NCBI GenBank assembly: GCA_964464605.1
Contig: CAYXJN010000006.1
Coordinates: forward strand, 124,001 to 188,000
Reading direction: 5' to 3'
Length of the DNA: 64,000 bases
DNA from: an uncultured Ignavibacteriales bacterium
GTDB taxonomy: Bacteria > Zixibacteria > MSB-5A5 > GN15 > FEB-12
Numbering within the stretch: the first letter of the stretch is position 1; each line of letters starts with the position of its first letter. Positions 39,202 through 48,845 of the stretch are shown here, piece after piece. Below the pieces are notes generated by a model. That model was not told the origin of the DNA. It ran no database searches and saw only the letters and a list, made by a program, of their open reading frames with translations. Position numbers and translations under genes: made by a program.

Positions 39202-41393
39202 TGCGCATTCAGAAACGTATTATGCTGCTCCTGCTGGTTCTTTTGCCGTCTGTGGGAAATGCCTATTTTCCGACCGGGCCGAACCATACGCTCGATCAAC
39301 CGTCGTTCAACTTGCTGGCGAATAAGTTCCTGGTTATTAAAAACCTCGGATATTTTATCCTCGGTGTTACCGAAGACGGATTTCTGCTCTACACGATCAG
39401 CACTACCGATTCCGTTTTAGTGCCGGTCAGAAAAACCTATACCGATTTTACGACCGCTTCAGTTCGCTTAGTCGACAATCAGTTGATTTTCCGCAGTGAC
39501 AGCAATGTGCTCTATTTTTATGACATTACCGATTTGCCGGATGTCGTGTATCAGGGAAAGCTTGATCTGGATATTCCGTTCGCTGATTACGCAATCGACG
39601 GACGCTACATTTATGTTTCACGGTGGTACGACGGTATCAGCCGCTATCGGATAAACAGTTTCTCGAATGTCGTATTTGCCGATTCCAGTATGAAGGGAGT
39701 GCTGGTTACCGATTTAGCCATACAGGGACGCTACTTGTATGCGCTGGATGAATACAACGGCATAATGCGGTATGAGTTGGGCTCAAACTTCTTTGGGAAT
39801 TTTGTCGACTATCTCTATCTCGGTGAACGGGCGTATACCTTTTTGCTTTCCGGTACAACGGCTTTAGTGCAAACGAAGAGTCCGAATGTGTACCGCGGAG
39901 AGATGTTTCTGAGTGATACTCTGGTTCACATGGTTATCGATTCAATAGGGGTATCGACGACAAACCGGCAGATGCTGCGCGATGATAACCGTTTGGTGTT
40001 GATTAGTGAACGAAGCGTGGAAGTTATCAACACGCCAAAACCGATGATGCATATAAAGGATTATGATATCGACGACATTCTTCCCAATGGTGATATTGTC
40101 CATATCGGTACGAAATCCTTTCTTTTACTTCCCGGCAAAACAAACGGCGCACTGTTCGTTCCCCTGGGAGGATTAGGGGGAGAGCCGTTTCCTGCTCTCA
40201 GCCGTCCCGGTATTATTACTGGTTTGACTTTGTACGACGACGCTCTGGTTACAGCCGGAGCGGCGAACCCGATAGACGTGTATGATTTCGATTCACTACA
40301 GGAGCCGGAATTTGCCTACACGATTCCGAATACGCCGTCGAGTATTCGCAGTTTTGACCGATCAGGTGACACGCTTGCGATTCTTTACTCGCCGGAAAGC
40401 CGAATCGATTTGATTATACATCCGACGATGCAGGATTCGCTTGACGTGCTTTCGTATCCATACGCCCGTACCGCTTCAGCGCAGTCGATTCAGTTATTTT
40501 CGAGCCTGCTCGATTCACTTCCAGCGGTTGTGGTGCAGCATGCCAATGAATTGCAGATGATCCCCTGGCCGAGCGGTGATACCGCCGACGTGCTGCCCAA
40601 AACGTGGGAAGTACCGACACAGATCAATGATTTCTTCATTCATGATTCGCTGCTTCTGGTTGCTACAACGAAACGCACGATTGTATGCTACAGTATCGAT
40701 AGCACGTTTGAAACGAAGTATCGGACAACCTTGAACTTTCTCAACAACGTTACCGACTTCTATCTGCTCAACGACCAGCAGGTACTGCTGTTCAATGAAC
40801 GGCTGATTTCCCGGTGCGATATTTCCAATCCGTATATGCCGTCGGTCGATTCCACTATCGTTTTACCCATCTCTATTACCGATGTGGACGAAGAAAACAA
40901 CGTGCTTTTCGGCGTCGGACCGAATGGCGTAGGTGTATTTTCACTCAAATCATCAATGCCGGTGCTCATAGACAAAGGCGGGAAGTGGGGGATGGAGATT
41001 TCGGCGCTGAACACTACTATCGCCACGACTGACGGCGCACAGATTCATTTATATCACCTGCGTGATTACAGCAATGATTCGCTACCTGCGCCACCGCCGG
41101 AACCGATTGTACCGGTTTCATTCGCGTTGAAACAAAATTATCCAAACCCGTTTAACGGGAAAACACATATCTCTTTCGATGTGCCAGCCACTGGTGCAGT
41201 CAAAATAATCGTCTTTAATATTTTGGGTCAGCACGTTGCTACCCTGTTTGACAGAACTGTCGAAGCAGGGACATATGATATTACCTGGGATGGGAAAACA
41301 GACAGCGGTAACGAAACCGCAAGCGGCGTTTATTACTACCGTTTGACGACCCCCAAGACGCGCTTGACCAGGAAAATGATTTTAGTAAAGTAA
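39201..41393 (+). CDS. Secreted beta-propeller-like protein with FlgD-Ig/T9SS type A-like C-terminal domain
   Basis: Signal peptide, LVIVD-like repeats, tail LKQNYPNPFN...IFNILGQ...WDGKTDSGNETASGVYYYRL...KMILVK. Confidence 0.8.
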   Translation: MRIQKRIMLLLLVLLPSVGNAYFPTGPNHTLDQPSFNLLANKFLVIKNLGYFILGVTEDGFLLYTISTTDSVLVPVRKTYTDFTTASVRLVDNQLIFRSDSNVLYFYDITDLPDVVYQGKLDLDIPFADYAIDGRYIYVSRWYDGISRYRINSFSNVVFADSSMKGVLVTDLAIQGRYLYALDEYNGIMRYELGSNFFGNFVDYLYLGERAYTFLLSGTTALVQTKSPNVYRGEMFLSDTLVHMVIDSIGVSTTNRQMLRDDNRLVLISERSVEVINTPKPMMHIKDYDIDDILPNGDIVHIGTKSFLLLPGKTNGALFVPLGGLGGEPFPALSRPGIITGLTLYDDALVTAGAANPIDVYDFDSLQEPEFAYTIPNTPSSIRSFDRSGDTLAILYSPESRIDLIIHPTMQDSLDVLSYPYARTASAQSIQLFSSLLDSLPAVVVQHANELQMIPWPSGDTADVLPKTWEVPTQINDFFIHDSLLLVATTKRTIVCYSIDSTFETKYRTTLNFLNNVTDFYLLNDQQVLLFNERLISRCDISNPYMPSVDSTIVLPISITDVDEENNVLFGVGPNGVGVFSLKSSMPVLIDKGGKWGMEISALNTTIATTDGAQIHLYHLRDYSNDSLPAPPPEPIVPVSFALKQNYPNPFNGKTHISFDVPATGAVKIIVFNILGQHVATLFDRTVEAGTYDITWDGKTDSGNETASGVYYYRLTTPKTRLTRKMILVK

Positions 41394-41398
41394 GTGAA

Positions 41399-42535
41399 TT
41401 AGTGTTTCGGCTGCGGCTCGGTTTTTTCAAGCTTACGGTCACGTTTACGTAAATCATGCAAATAATACCGGGAGCTTCGTTCCGGATTGCCGGGATGCAA
41501 TGAATCAACTTGAATACTGACGCCACCCGGATACGCTTCGGTTGAAATGCTCTTAACCGCTTCATATGCTGTTCGGTAGTACGTGGCATTGAGTACCGGA
41601 TCCCACGCGACTGCTTCGGCCGGCAGTGCATTTTGCGCCCGTCCCTCCATACGGAAAGTATAGGTTCCTTTTTCTACAAAATACGGGCGAGTGACATACA
41701 GAGGAAAATAGTTCGAGCCGGTATTCACATATCCGCTTAATCCGGCAAGCACATAGTAGGGGAATTGTGCGCTGCCTCCTTCATCGGTATCAAGTTGCAC
41801 TACCGCGCGGTTAACGCCGGTTGTGCCGCGCAGTTCGACATAGCACTTCCCTTCGAGAATAAGATAACCGTCATCCGGTACGGTTATCTCCAATGTTACG
41901 ATATCGGTCATCATACCGGTCAGCAGAGTTACGGGTTCGGTATTGATGTAAACCGTAATTCCCGGTTCATCTTTAATTTCATCTGATGAAACAGCATCAG
42001 ACGGCAAAATAACCGCACTGTCTCCAACAATGCCTCCGCGAAGTATGATAGCGGTATCCCCGGCTGGAGTATTGATAACGAACGTAGCGCTGTCGGCAAT
42101 CGTGCGCATTACTATTTTTTGCGTTGATGCGCGAACCAAAAGCCCGCCGCTTTGTAGGGCATACGGACTGCTGAAAAGCCGTGTGCGCGGTGTCAGCGGA
42201 ATGGAGCTGATTAGTATTTCCAAGAAAAGCGTATCTCGAGATTCAAACAGCCCTGCCGGAAATGGCGTTATCGAACCGAGAGTATGGGAAAAAGAACCTG
42301 CGTCTGTGGTTATTGCCGCGCTTTCATTCCAAACGGATGTTCCTCCGGCAAGAACACGGTAAAGGCCGAACGTTACCGCATACGTTGAGTCAGCCACCGG
42401 CTGTCCGAGCGCATCGGTAAGTATTCCCTGATAGCTAATCTGATTCGGAACGGCAAACAGCGATGTGCTGAGAATGAGCGGGAACAATAAGCCGACGAAA
42501 AGAGAAGGGATATGTTTGCGGATACGTTGTTTCAT
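41399..42535 (-). CDS. Secreted hypothetical protein (N-terminal 'ISYQGxLTD...PYAL' module)
   Basis: Signal peptide ending SLFA, then VPNQISYQGILTDALGQP...RTRLFSSPYAL, a module common in secreted fibre-like proteins of FCB-group bacteria. Confidence 0.65.
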   Translation of the reverse strand: MKQRIRKHIPSLFVGLLFPLILSTSLFAVPNQISYQGILTDALGQPVADSTYAVTFGLYRVLAGGTSVWNESAAITTDAGSFSHTLGSITPFPAGLFESRDTLFLEILISSIPLTPRTRLFSSPYALQSGGLLVRASTQKIVMRTIADSATFVINTPAGDTAIILRGGIVGDSAVILPSDAVSSDEIKDEPGITVYINTEPVTLLTGMMTDIVTLEITVPDDGYLILEGKCYVELRGTTGVNRAVVQLDTDEGGSAQFPYYVLAGLSGYVNTGSNYFPLYVTRPYFVEKGTYTFRMEGRAQNALPAEAVAWDPVLNATYYRTAYEAVKSISTEAYPGGVSIQVDSLHPGNPERSSRYYLHDLRKRDRKLEKTEPQPKH

Positions 42536-42597
42536 CTGATTCAAAACTCTGTGTATTCAACGCATGATGATAGGCTGAAGTTCCGGTATCGGCAAGA

Positions 42598-42630
42598 CAG
42601 AAAAGGGATGGGTTTGCGTACCCATCCCTT
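42598..42630 (-). terminator. Intrinsic terminator
   Basis: Minus strand AAGGGATGGGT-ACGCAA-ACCCATCCCTT-TT, just after the stop at 42658. Confidence 0.65.
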
Positions 42631-42657
42631 CCGGTGATTTCATATCGCTTAAGGCGA

Positions 42658-45237
42658 TCACATGATAACCATCAGTTTGCCGATCTGTGTTTTTCCGTCT
42701 TCCGGTTCAACCGTCCAGTAATAAAGCCCCGAAACGATGAGCTGCGTATTACGGGTAATCATATCCCATGAAGCATGGCCGGAGGTCGGATCAGACGGGT
42801 CTTTATCATGTTTGATTTCTTTGATCAAGTCTCCATCCAGCGAATAAATGCGAATGGTGCATTTTGCCGGCAAGTTGGCAAAATTGATTGCACGAATTCG
42901 GTCGGCCGCTTTGTCGGTCTGGGCACGTCCTTCGAAACCAGCACCTTTGTAATCAGCGTCGATACGATACGGGTTCGGGTAGACGTAGATCGGCAAGTTG
43001 TTGGCCATAGCATCTGCAGCGCTGCTTGAGGCATAGGCGACTTTAGCGCCGTTGGTAACGGAGGATTCGAGGGAGGGAAGTCCCGAAGCAGGTGAACCGT
43101 AGTCGAAAGTGGTAATGTTCACATGGTACGGAACTGTCGGGAGCAAGTCGATGATAGTAATTTCATACTCAAAATACTTGAAATACCCGTCTTCCGTCAG
43201 TTCATCCGCCAGCGCAGAGTCAGGATTCAGCGTGGAGGGGAAGGGAGCAGTCGGATATACCTTGCTGATCGGGGTGCTGACTCCTGGGTCATCCGTATTG
43301 TAATCCTGTCGTTCAAAATAGAACGTAGATTCGGTGGTATCAACCATGAACGAATACGGGAACACGCGGGTGTAGTCGAGCGGATGGAATGTCGTATCGC
43401 TGCAGGAACTGCCATACAAACAACGGAGTGAGTCAAGCGAGAACGGCGGATTCAAAAGCACGTAATTGCGGGTCGCCCGGTCGTAAATCCATTTGTTGTA
43501 GTCTTCACGATCGTAGGAAGCGATCATCGTGTAGCTCGACGGACGTTCATCGCGTGCATAGTAAACGCGATACCCTTCAAAATCGTACAAGCGTGAAAAG
43601 TTATCGCGGGTCGTTTCGGAGCGGAGGCCGTTAAAACGTACATGCAGTTTTCCGGTTTCCGGCGAAGTTAGCCAGAATTCGGGAGACGGGGGTGGTGAAG
43701 CGCCTTTGAAATCCGGTACGCCGTCACCGGTGACGTAGATAGTATCAACGTTCGTATAGATATATCCACTGTCAGTATCCATTGATTCACGGGCGCAGGT
43801 AATGAAACGACCGATATAACCGTCGCCATCAGTATCGACTCCCGGGTTATCATAAATCCATGACGCCCAGCGTCCATTTTCCGCCAATCCGGAGAAATTC
43901 AGATTTGAGTAGTACGTGCCGGGGTCAGCCGGAAGATTCAGATGGTTGTTCGGGACTTGGTGGAAATTTTCACCGCCGACATAGGCAAAGGAGAGCGGGA
44001 GCTGTTCACCAGGGTTGATGTCGAACGGTCCGAAGGAAAGCAGATAGCGAGTATCAAAACCGTCGGCGATAATCGGGCCATCCTGCGGATCGGGGGGGAG
44101 CCACAGCGTGTCACTCTGGTTAATGACACCGCTAAACGCCTGGTCGTAATCGAACTCCTGATTTCTCAGCACATAGTATTTATTGCGGTCGTTAGCAGGT
44201 GTTCCCAAACCACCGGTTCCGTAGTTTCTGAATTCTTCCTGCCATCTTCCTTTATACGGTCGTTCGCGCGGGCCGAAGTCCGGGGTTGGTACCCACCAGT
44301 TAAAGGAAACGTCAAGGTTGGTTGCGGGTGTACGAACAATACGTGACGCCGTAACGTTCGGTGCCGGATTGTCGCCGTTCAAGTCGCCGTCGTTGTCGGC
44401 TATCCAAGCAAGGTTGACCGTGTCAAGGTAGTCGCATCCGGCAAAGCTGTTGGTGAAGGTTTCGACGAATCCGCACACGTCATCGTCATACCCCTGTGTG
44501 TTTCCTTCCCAGTGAACGTCGCAATCAACGTAGACACCCATAAATACCTGCTGGAGCGGTTGGGTTCCGATGTTTCTGATCTTGTAGTCGAAGAGTATAA
44601 AATCATCCGCGTACGGATATGACCAAGAATAGGAGTTTTGCGAAACTTCTACGTTTAAGGGAATATGCCGGCGATTATTATCGTCGGGGTCTGTGCCGGC
44701 GGCAATAATGTTCGTGTCGGTATAGATAGCGACATAGTCCTGCTCGGAAATTGCGCCCGTGTATTCGAAATCGTTGGAAGGGTCAATGATCGAACGGCGG
44801 CGCATCTGACCGAAATTGTCTTCACAGGGGGGATTGAATTCCTGTGTACTGACCCAGCCGTCGTGACCGGTGGAAACCAGCGTGTCACGGCCGACTACAG
44901 CGCCGATCCAGAATGAACCACCGAAGAGGTACTGAATGTTCGAAAATTTCGGATACTCGCATGACGGGACTTCCTCACCGGTAAAACAGTCGGTAGCGCC
45001 GGCACTTCGGTAATTACTTCCGAATGTTCCGTTATTACTGACACCGAGCACAATTTTACCGATATCATGTTTCGCCAAACAATGCTCCGGCACCGAGCAA
45101 GATTGGGAATACGAGGTGCCGCCTTCCTTGGAGGGGGTAACCGCGTTTGGGGATGTTCTGGCCGCAACAGAATGAGCAAGCGCTCCGAAAAGCAGAACGC
45201 AGGCTGTGAGCGTTTTTGATTGTGTGAACTTCGTCAC
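42658..45237 (-). CDS. Large secreted hypothetical protein with 'VYPNPY...IRIYSLDGDL...SGLYYW' C-terminal domain (paralogue A)
   Basis: Signal peptide, DxDGDG Ca-binding-like motifs, T9SS/FlgD-like tail. Confidence 0.75.
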   Translation of the reverse strand: MTKFTQSKTLTACVLLFGALAHSVAARTSPNAVTPSKEGGTSYSQSCSVPEHCLAKHDIGKIVLGVSNNGTFGSNYRSAGATDCFTGEEVPSCEYPKFSNIQYLFGGSFWIGAVVGRDTLVSTGHDGWVSTQEFNPPCEDNFGQMRRRSIIDPSNDFEYTGAISEQDYVAIYTDTNIIAAGTDPDDNNRRHIPLNVEVSQNSYSWSYPYADDFILFDYKIRNIGTQPLQQVFMGVYVDCDVHWEGNTQGYDDDVCGFVETFTNSFAGCDYLDTVNLAWIADNDGDLNGDNPAPNVTASRIVRTPATNLDVSFNWWVPTPDFGPRERPYKGRWQEEFRNYGTGGLGTPANDRNKYYVLRNQEFDYDQAFSGVINQSDTLWLPPDPQDGPIIADGFDTRYLLSFGPFDINPGEQLPLSFAYVGGENFHQVPNNHLNLPADPGTYYSNLNFSGLAENGRWASWIYDNPGVDTDGDGYIGRFITCARESMDTDSGYIYTNVDTIYVTGDGVPDFKGASPPPSPEFWLTSPETGKLHVRFNGLRSETTRDNFSRLYDFEGYRVYYARDERPSSYTMIASYDREDYNKWIYDRATRNYVLLNPPFSLDSLRCLYGSSCSDTTFHPLDYTRVFPYSFMVDTTESTFYFERQDYNTDDPGVSTPISKVYPTAPFPSTLNPDSALADELTEDGYFKYFEYEITIIDLLPTVPYHVNITTFDYGSPASGLPSLESSVTNGAKVAYASSSAADAMANNLPIYVYPNPYRIDADYKGAGFEGRAQTDKAADRIRAINFANLPAKCTIRIYSLDGDLIKEIKHDKDPSDPTSGHASWDMITRNTQLIVSGLYYWTVEPEDGKTQIGKLMVIM

Positions 45238-45319
45238 GTTCCTACCTCAGTTATAATCCATACCTTCATCATCAACGTTAATTCCGCCCAACGGCCGTCG
45301 GCCGTCAGGCGGAATCGCA

Positions 45320-45348
45320 AATCTATCAATCAATTCTGCCGCCGTCAA
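45320..45348 (-). promoter_or_regulatory. Sigma70-type promoter followed by a 5' stem-loop (45281-45315)
   Basis: TTGACG-N17-TAGATT, then ATTCCGCC...GGCGGAAT inverted repeat in the leader. Confidence 0.5.
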
Positions 45349-45379
45349 GCGGGTAGAAAACCTGACTTTTTTATCTCTG

Positions 45380-47695
45380 TCAGCAGCCGCAGGGGGCCGG
45401 ACCGCCCGCAAAGAGGAAGGAAACAAGCCGTACTAAGTCAGCTACAGTCACGGAATTAGTACAATTGACGTCTGCCACTGAAACCGGTGAAGGGGACGGG
45501 CCGTTGTTGTATAAGTAACTTACCAAATAGACCAAGTCTTGAATGGTTATACTACCGCTGCCGTTAACATCACCGCGCTGTCCGCAGACGCTAATGGTGG
45601 AAAGTCCAGCGACCGGCTCAAAATCCGGGTAGATACCGGAATATTCGCAGTCATGCCCGGAATAACCTGACAGATTAATATGCGTGACTTGTCCCGCTTC
45701 CGCCGAGCCTGGGATTCTGAAATAGAGCTTCATCAACGGACCGTTACCCGGAGCCAAAGGGGTCGAGGCGCTGTTTACCCTGAGGGTGAACTGGCTGTTC
45801 GGGGCTACAAAGTGAGAAATCGTCGGCATACCCATAAACGAGGTTCGGCAGCCATTCGTTGAAAAACTTTCGAGCGAAGCGCCTAAATCTCCGGCCAAAT
45901 CGACCGCAATTTTGAATGAGGTCAGCGGGACGGTATTGTTGCCGCTGATAACCACTTCAACCAGACTGTCTGGAGCGCCGGAAACGGATGAGCCTTTAAT
46001 CGAATCAGCAACCACAGCGATATATTGCGCCCGGTTCTTTTCCTTCACATTGGCTCCGGCGGTGACTTCGATACCGACATCGAATATCCCGGCATCGGTA
46101 TAGACATGGGACGGATTCTGGACAAATGCGGAGTCCCCGTCACCGAACGACCAGGCCCAGCTATCCACGGCTAATCCGGAAGCGGCAGAAAAATTAACGG
46201 GAAAAGGGGCAATGCCAAAGACAGTATCAGCTGAGAATGAGACACCGATAACTTCGTCAACTGAACCGCGAAGATTCGGCATCGGACCGATGTTTCGCGC
46301 GGACGGCACTTGCGGTGTGGAATAGGTGCGAAGCAGCGAACGCATTTCAGTGTGATCGATTACCGTGCCGTACGTAGCCTTATGTATTCCCTGAAGCACC
46401 GCGCATGCGCCGACAATAATCGGGGATGCACTTGAAGTACCGCTGAATCCGGCTGTGTAGTAGTTCGTGGTATCGGAACCGAAAAGGTCACCATAGGCAA
46501 GGGTGTATACCTGTTCGCCATAGGCATGGACATCGACGCGCTGACCATAGGAGCTGAATCCTTCCGGAAAATGGCTCGGGTTTGCGGCGCCGACCATGAT
46601 TGCGCCGGAGAAACGGAAAGAAGGATTGAAGAGGTTGCCGTACCATCCGGCATCATCAAGATTTTGCCCGCCGTTGGCGCCAGCTTCGACAATGATTCGC
46701 CCCAGCGCAGATCCCTGTAAAATAGCATCGAAAGTCGCCTGTTCATATTCAACCGGCACGTAGTTGCCGCCGTTCGGGCCGCCGATTTGCAATTCCAGAA
46801 GAATGACATCACCGGCAATGCAATTTGATACCGCGGTATTAATCGCGTTGCCTATCGACATGCTGCCGACTGAAACGGTACCAAGGTTTACCTGATAGGC
46901 GATACCGGTCATACCGGAGCCGTTTGAGTCAGAGGCAATTTCTCCGAGCACTGCGGTCCCATGCATGTACCAGGTCGGATCATTTATTTTTGCACCGGCG
47001 ATATGGAAACTGGTCGCGCCGCCGCGGAGATCTTCATGATGTTCCACCCAGTTACCTTCGATGTCGATGACTTTGATATTCTGTCCTTTACCGCCCGGAT
47101 TTTCCCACGCGTAGTAAGCATCAACGCCAGCCGGAGCGGGGGAGAGATAAAATTGAGAATTTTGCCAGTTGGGTGCGGAAGATGCCTTCGCGGTAGTCGA
47201 AGTCATCTTTTCTACCGGCAGTTTCGGAATAGCGGGGAAATAGGCGATTTCGACGATATCAAGCGCGTTGAGTTCGTTAATCATCGCGACCTTTTCGCTG
47301 TTTGCTAAAGAAGCATCCACTTCGATATCGTAATAGCGGGTTAAATCGGCAAGCTCCGTGGCTGCCTTGGCGGAGGCCATGCTACGCAGGGATTCCAGTG
47401 TCCGCTTATCCTGTTTGAAGAATGGCGCCACCGTTTTGGAAGCGGAGGCTTTTTCAAGCAGACTGTTTATTTTCGACCATTCGGGAGTAGATGAATTAAG
47501 GAACCGGTTGCCGGAAAGCACCGGAGCTTCGGCATCTTCCTTAATCTTTAGAACGATCATGTCACTGTTGAGATGATCGCCGATTACGGTGTAGGTCGGC
47601 TTAACGACCGTTCCGCGTTTAAGTTGTTGGGCGTTTGCTGCTGAGACGGTTAAGACCGCTAAACTCAGGGCGATAAGACAATTTCGCAAGATCAT
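45380..47695 (-). CDS. Secreted S8 protease with PKD, cohesin-like and dockerin-type domains
   Basis: DIEG / HGTAVLG / GTSSASP, PKD motif WSFGDG...NPSHVY, beta-rich cohesin-like segment, GDVNGSGSITIQDLVYLVSYL tail. Start ATG 47695 has a GGAGG SD and a signal peptide. Confidence 0.88.
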   Translation of the reverse strand: MILRNCLIALSLAVLTVSAANAQQLKRGTVVKPTYTVIGDHLNSDMIVLKIKEDAEAPVLSGNRFLNSSTPEWSKINSLLEKASASKTVAPFFKQDKRTLESLRSMASAKAATELADLTRYYDIEVDASLANSEKVAMINELNALDIVEIAYFPAIPKLPVEKMTSTTAKASSAPNWQNSQFYLSPAPAGVDAYYAWENPGGKGQNIKVIDIEGNWVEHHEDLRGGATSFHIAGAKINDPTWYMHGTAVLGEIASDSNGSGMTGIAYQVNLGTVSVGSMSIGNAINTAVSNCIAGDVILLELQIGGPNGGNYVPVEYEQATFDAILQGSALGRIIVEAGANGGQNLDDAGWYGNLFNPSFRFSGAIMVGAANPSHFPEGFSSYGQRVDVHAYGEQVYTLAYGDLFGSDTTNYYTAGFSGTSSASPIIVGACAVLQGIHKATYGTVIDHTEMRSLLRTYSTPQVPSARNIGPMPNLRGSVDEVIGVSFSADTVFGIAPFPVNFSAASGLAVDSWAWSFGDGDSAFVQNPSHVYTDAGIFDVGIEVTAGANVKEKNRAQYIAVVADSIKGSSVSGAPDSLVEVVISGNNTVPLTSFKIAVDLAGDLGASLESFSTNGCRTSFMGMPTISHFVAPNSQFTLRVNSASTPLAPGNGPLMKLYFRIPGSAEAGQVTHINLSGYSGHDCEYSGIYPDFEPVAGLSTISVCGQRGDVNGSGSITIQDLVYLVSYLYNNGPSPSPVSVADVNCTNSVTVADLVRLVSFLFAGGPAPCGC

Positions 47696-47780
47696 GGGTT
47701 GGTGAAACCTCCGGTGAAAAACAGTAGTATTATTACTGCTGCAAAGGTAACGCCAACCCCGGGTTTCCCCAAAGGAAAAC

Positions 47781-48701
47781 TTAGTGCGGCGGCGGCCCGC
47801 CGTTAAAGAGATAGCTGACCAAATAAACCAAATCTGCAATAGTCAGATTTCCGGATCCGTTGGCATCGCAATTCAGGGTCGGGCAGCCGGTAGGAAATGC
47901 CTCAATAAAAAGGTGGGCGACGATACAGGTGAGATCGGCAACCGTAACCGTTCCGCTGGCGTTATTGTCACAGGTAAGTTGTCGTAAGGTAATAGCGCCG
48001 TCATCGATGATAACTACCTCCGGGTCCAAGCAGCCGAGGTTAGTCGTGTCGATGTACATGTAGTCATACCCTTCGCTCGTGTCGGTTACTTCCTCCCAAT
48101 CAATGCAGCTGTCTCCCAGATATTCCAAACAGCGCCAGTAGGAGGTGTCATACACCGGGCAGACATACGCGCCGATAGAGGTGCCGAACGGGTCGGAAAA
48201 GTCGGTCGGTTTTTCAAACACAATATCGCAGCGGAAACCAAGACTTTCAGCCGGAAGTCCGAAGGTGCGGAAGGGGACACGAACTGCCAAACCTCCCTGT
48301 TGAATCGGCACCGGCGGATGTGTTCCCGGTACGAATGGGTCATTTGCTATACAGCGAAACCAGTACTCGGTGCTGTCACCGGCACGGTTGATCGCTTGTA
48401 CATATTGAAACCCACCCACCAACGTTCCGGCGGTGTCGATCAGCCCCGGGCCGAACCGGAATTTAAGCAGATCGGGTCGGGTCGATCGCAATACGAACTG
48501 AAACCCGGCGATTTGATCATTGAAGTTGTCCATATAGACTTTGAGAGAGCCGTTGCTGGTATAGGCAGGGGCGGTCGTGTCGGAAACTACCATCACGATA
48601 CGCGGGGTAGAGTGGCCGTATGAAGCAAATGTTGTGAAAAGTAGGGCGAGAGTAATACCAATCCGTTTGGTATATCTACTAATCGAACTTATCCAGATCA
48701 T
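47781..48701 (-). CDS. Secreted cohesin-like plus dockerin-type domain protein
   Basis: Signal peptide, VSDTTA...KVYMDN...IAGFQF cohesin-like strand pattern, Cys-rich insert, CDNNASGTVTVADL / CDANGSGNLTIADLVYLVSYLF tail. Confidence 0.7.
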   Translation of the reverse strand: MIWISSISRYTKRIGITLALLFTTFASYGHSTPRIVMVVSDTTAPAYTSNGSLKVYMDNFNDQIAGFQFVLRSTRPDLLKFRFGPGLIDTAGTLVGGFQYVQAINRAGDSTEYWFRCIANDPFVPGTHPPVPIQQGGLAVRVPFRTFGLPAESLGFRCDIVFEKPTDFSDPFGTSIGAYVCPVYDTSYWRCLEYLGDSCIDWEEVTDTSEGYDYMYIDTTNLGCLDPEVVIIDDGAITLRQLTCDNNASGTVTVADLTCIVAHLFIEAFPTGCPTLNCDANGSGNLTIADLVYLVSYLFNGGPPPH

Positions 48702-48845
48702 GGTCATCCTTTGCTGATGAGTTCTCAATCCGTCGTTTCGATTACCAATTCGTCGATGCTTTGAATAATCCTTTGAAAAAAGTCTTACTGAGAAATGGTC
48801 ACTGGACGGAGGTAATATAGGAGGTTTTGGCGGGCAGTCAAGCAC

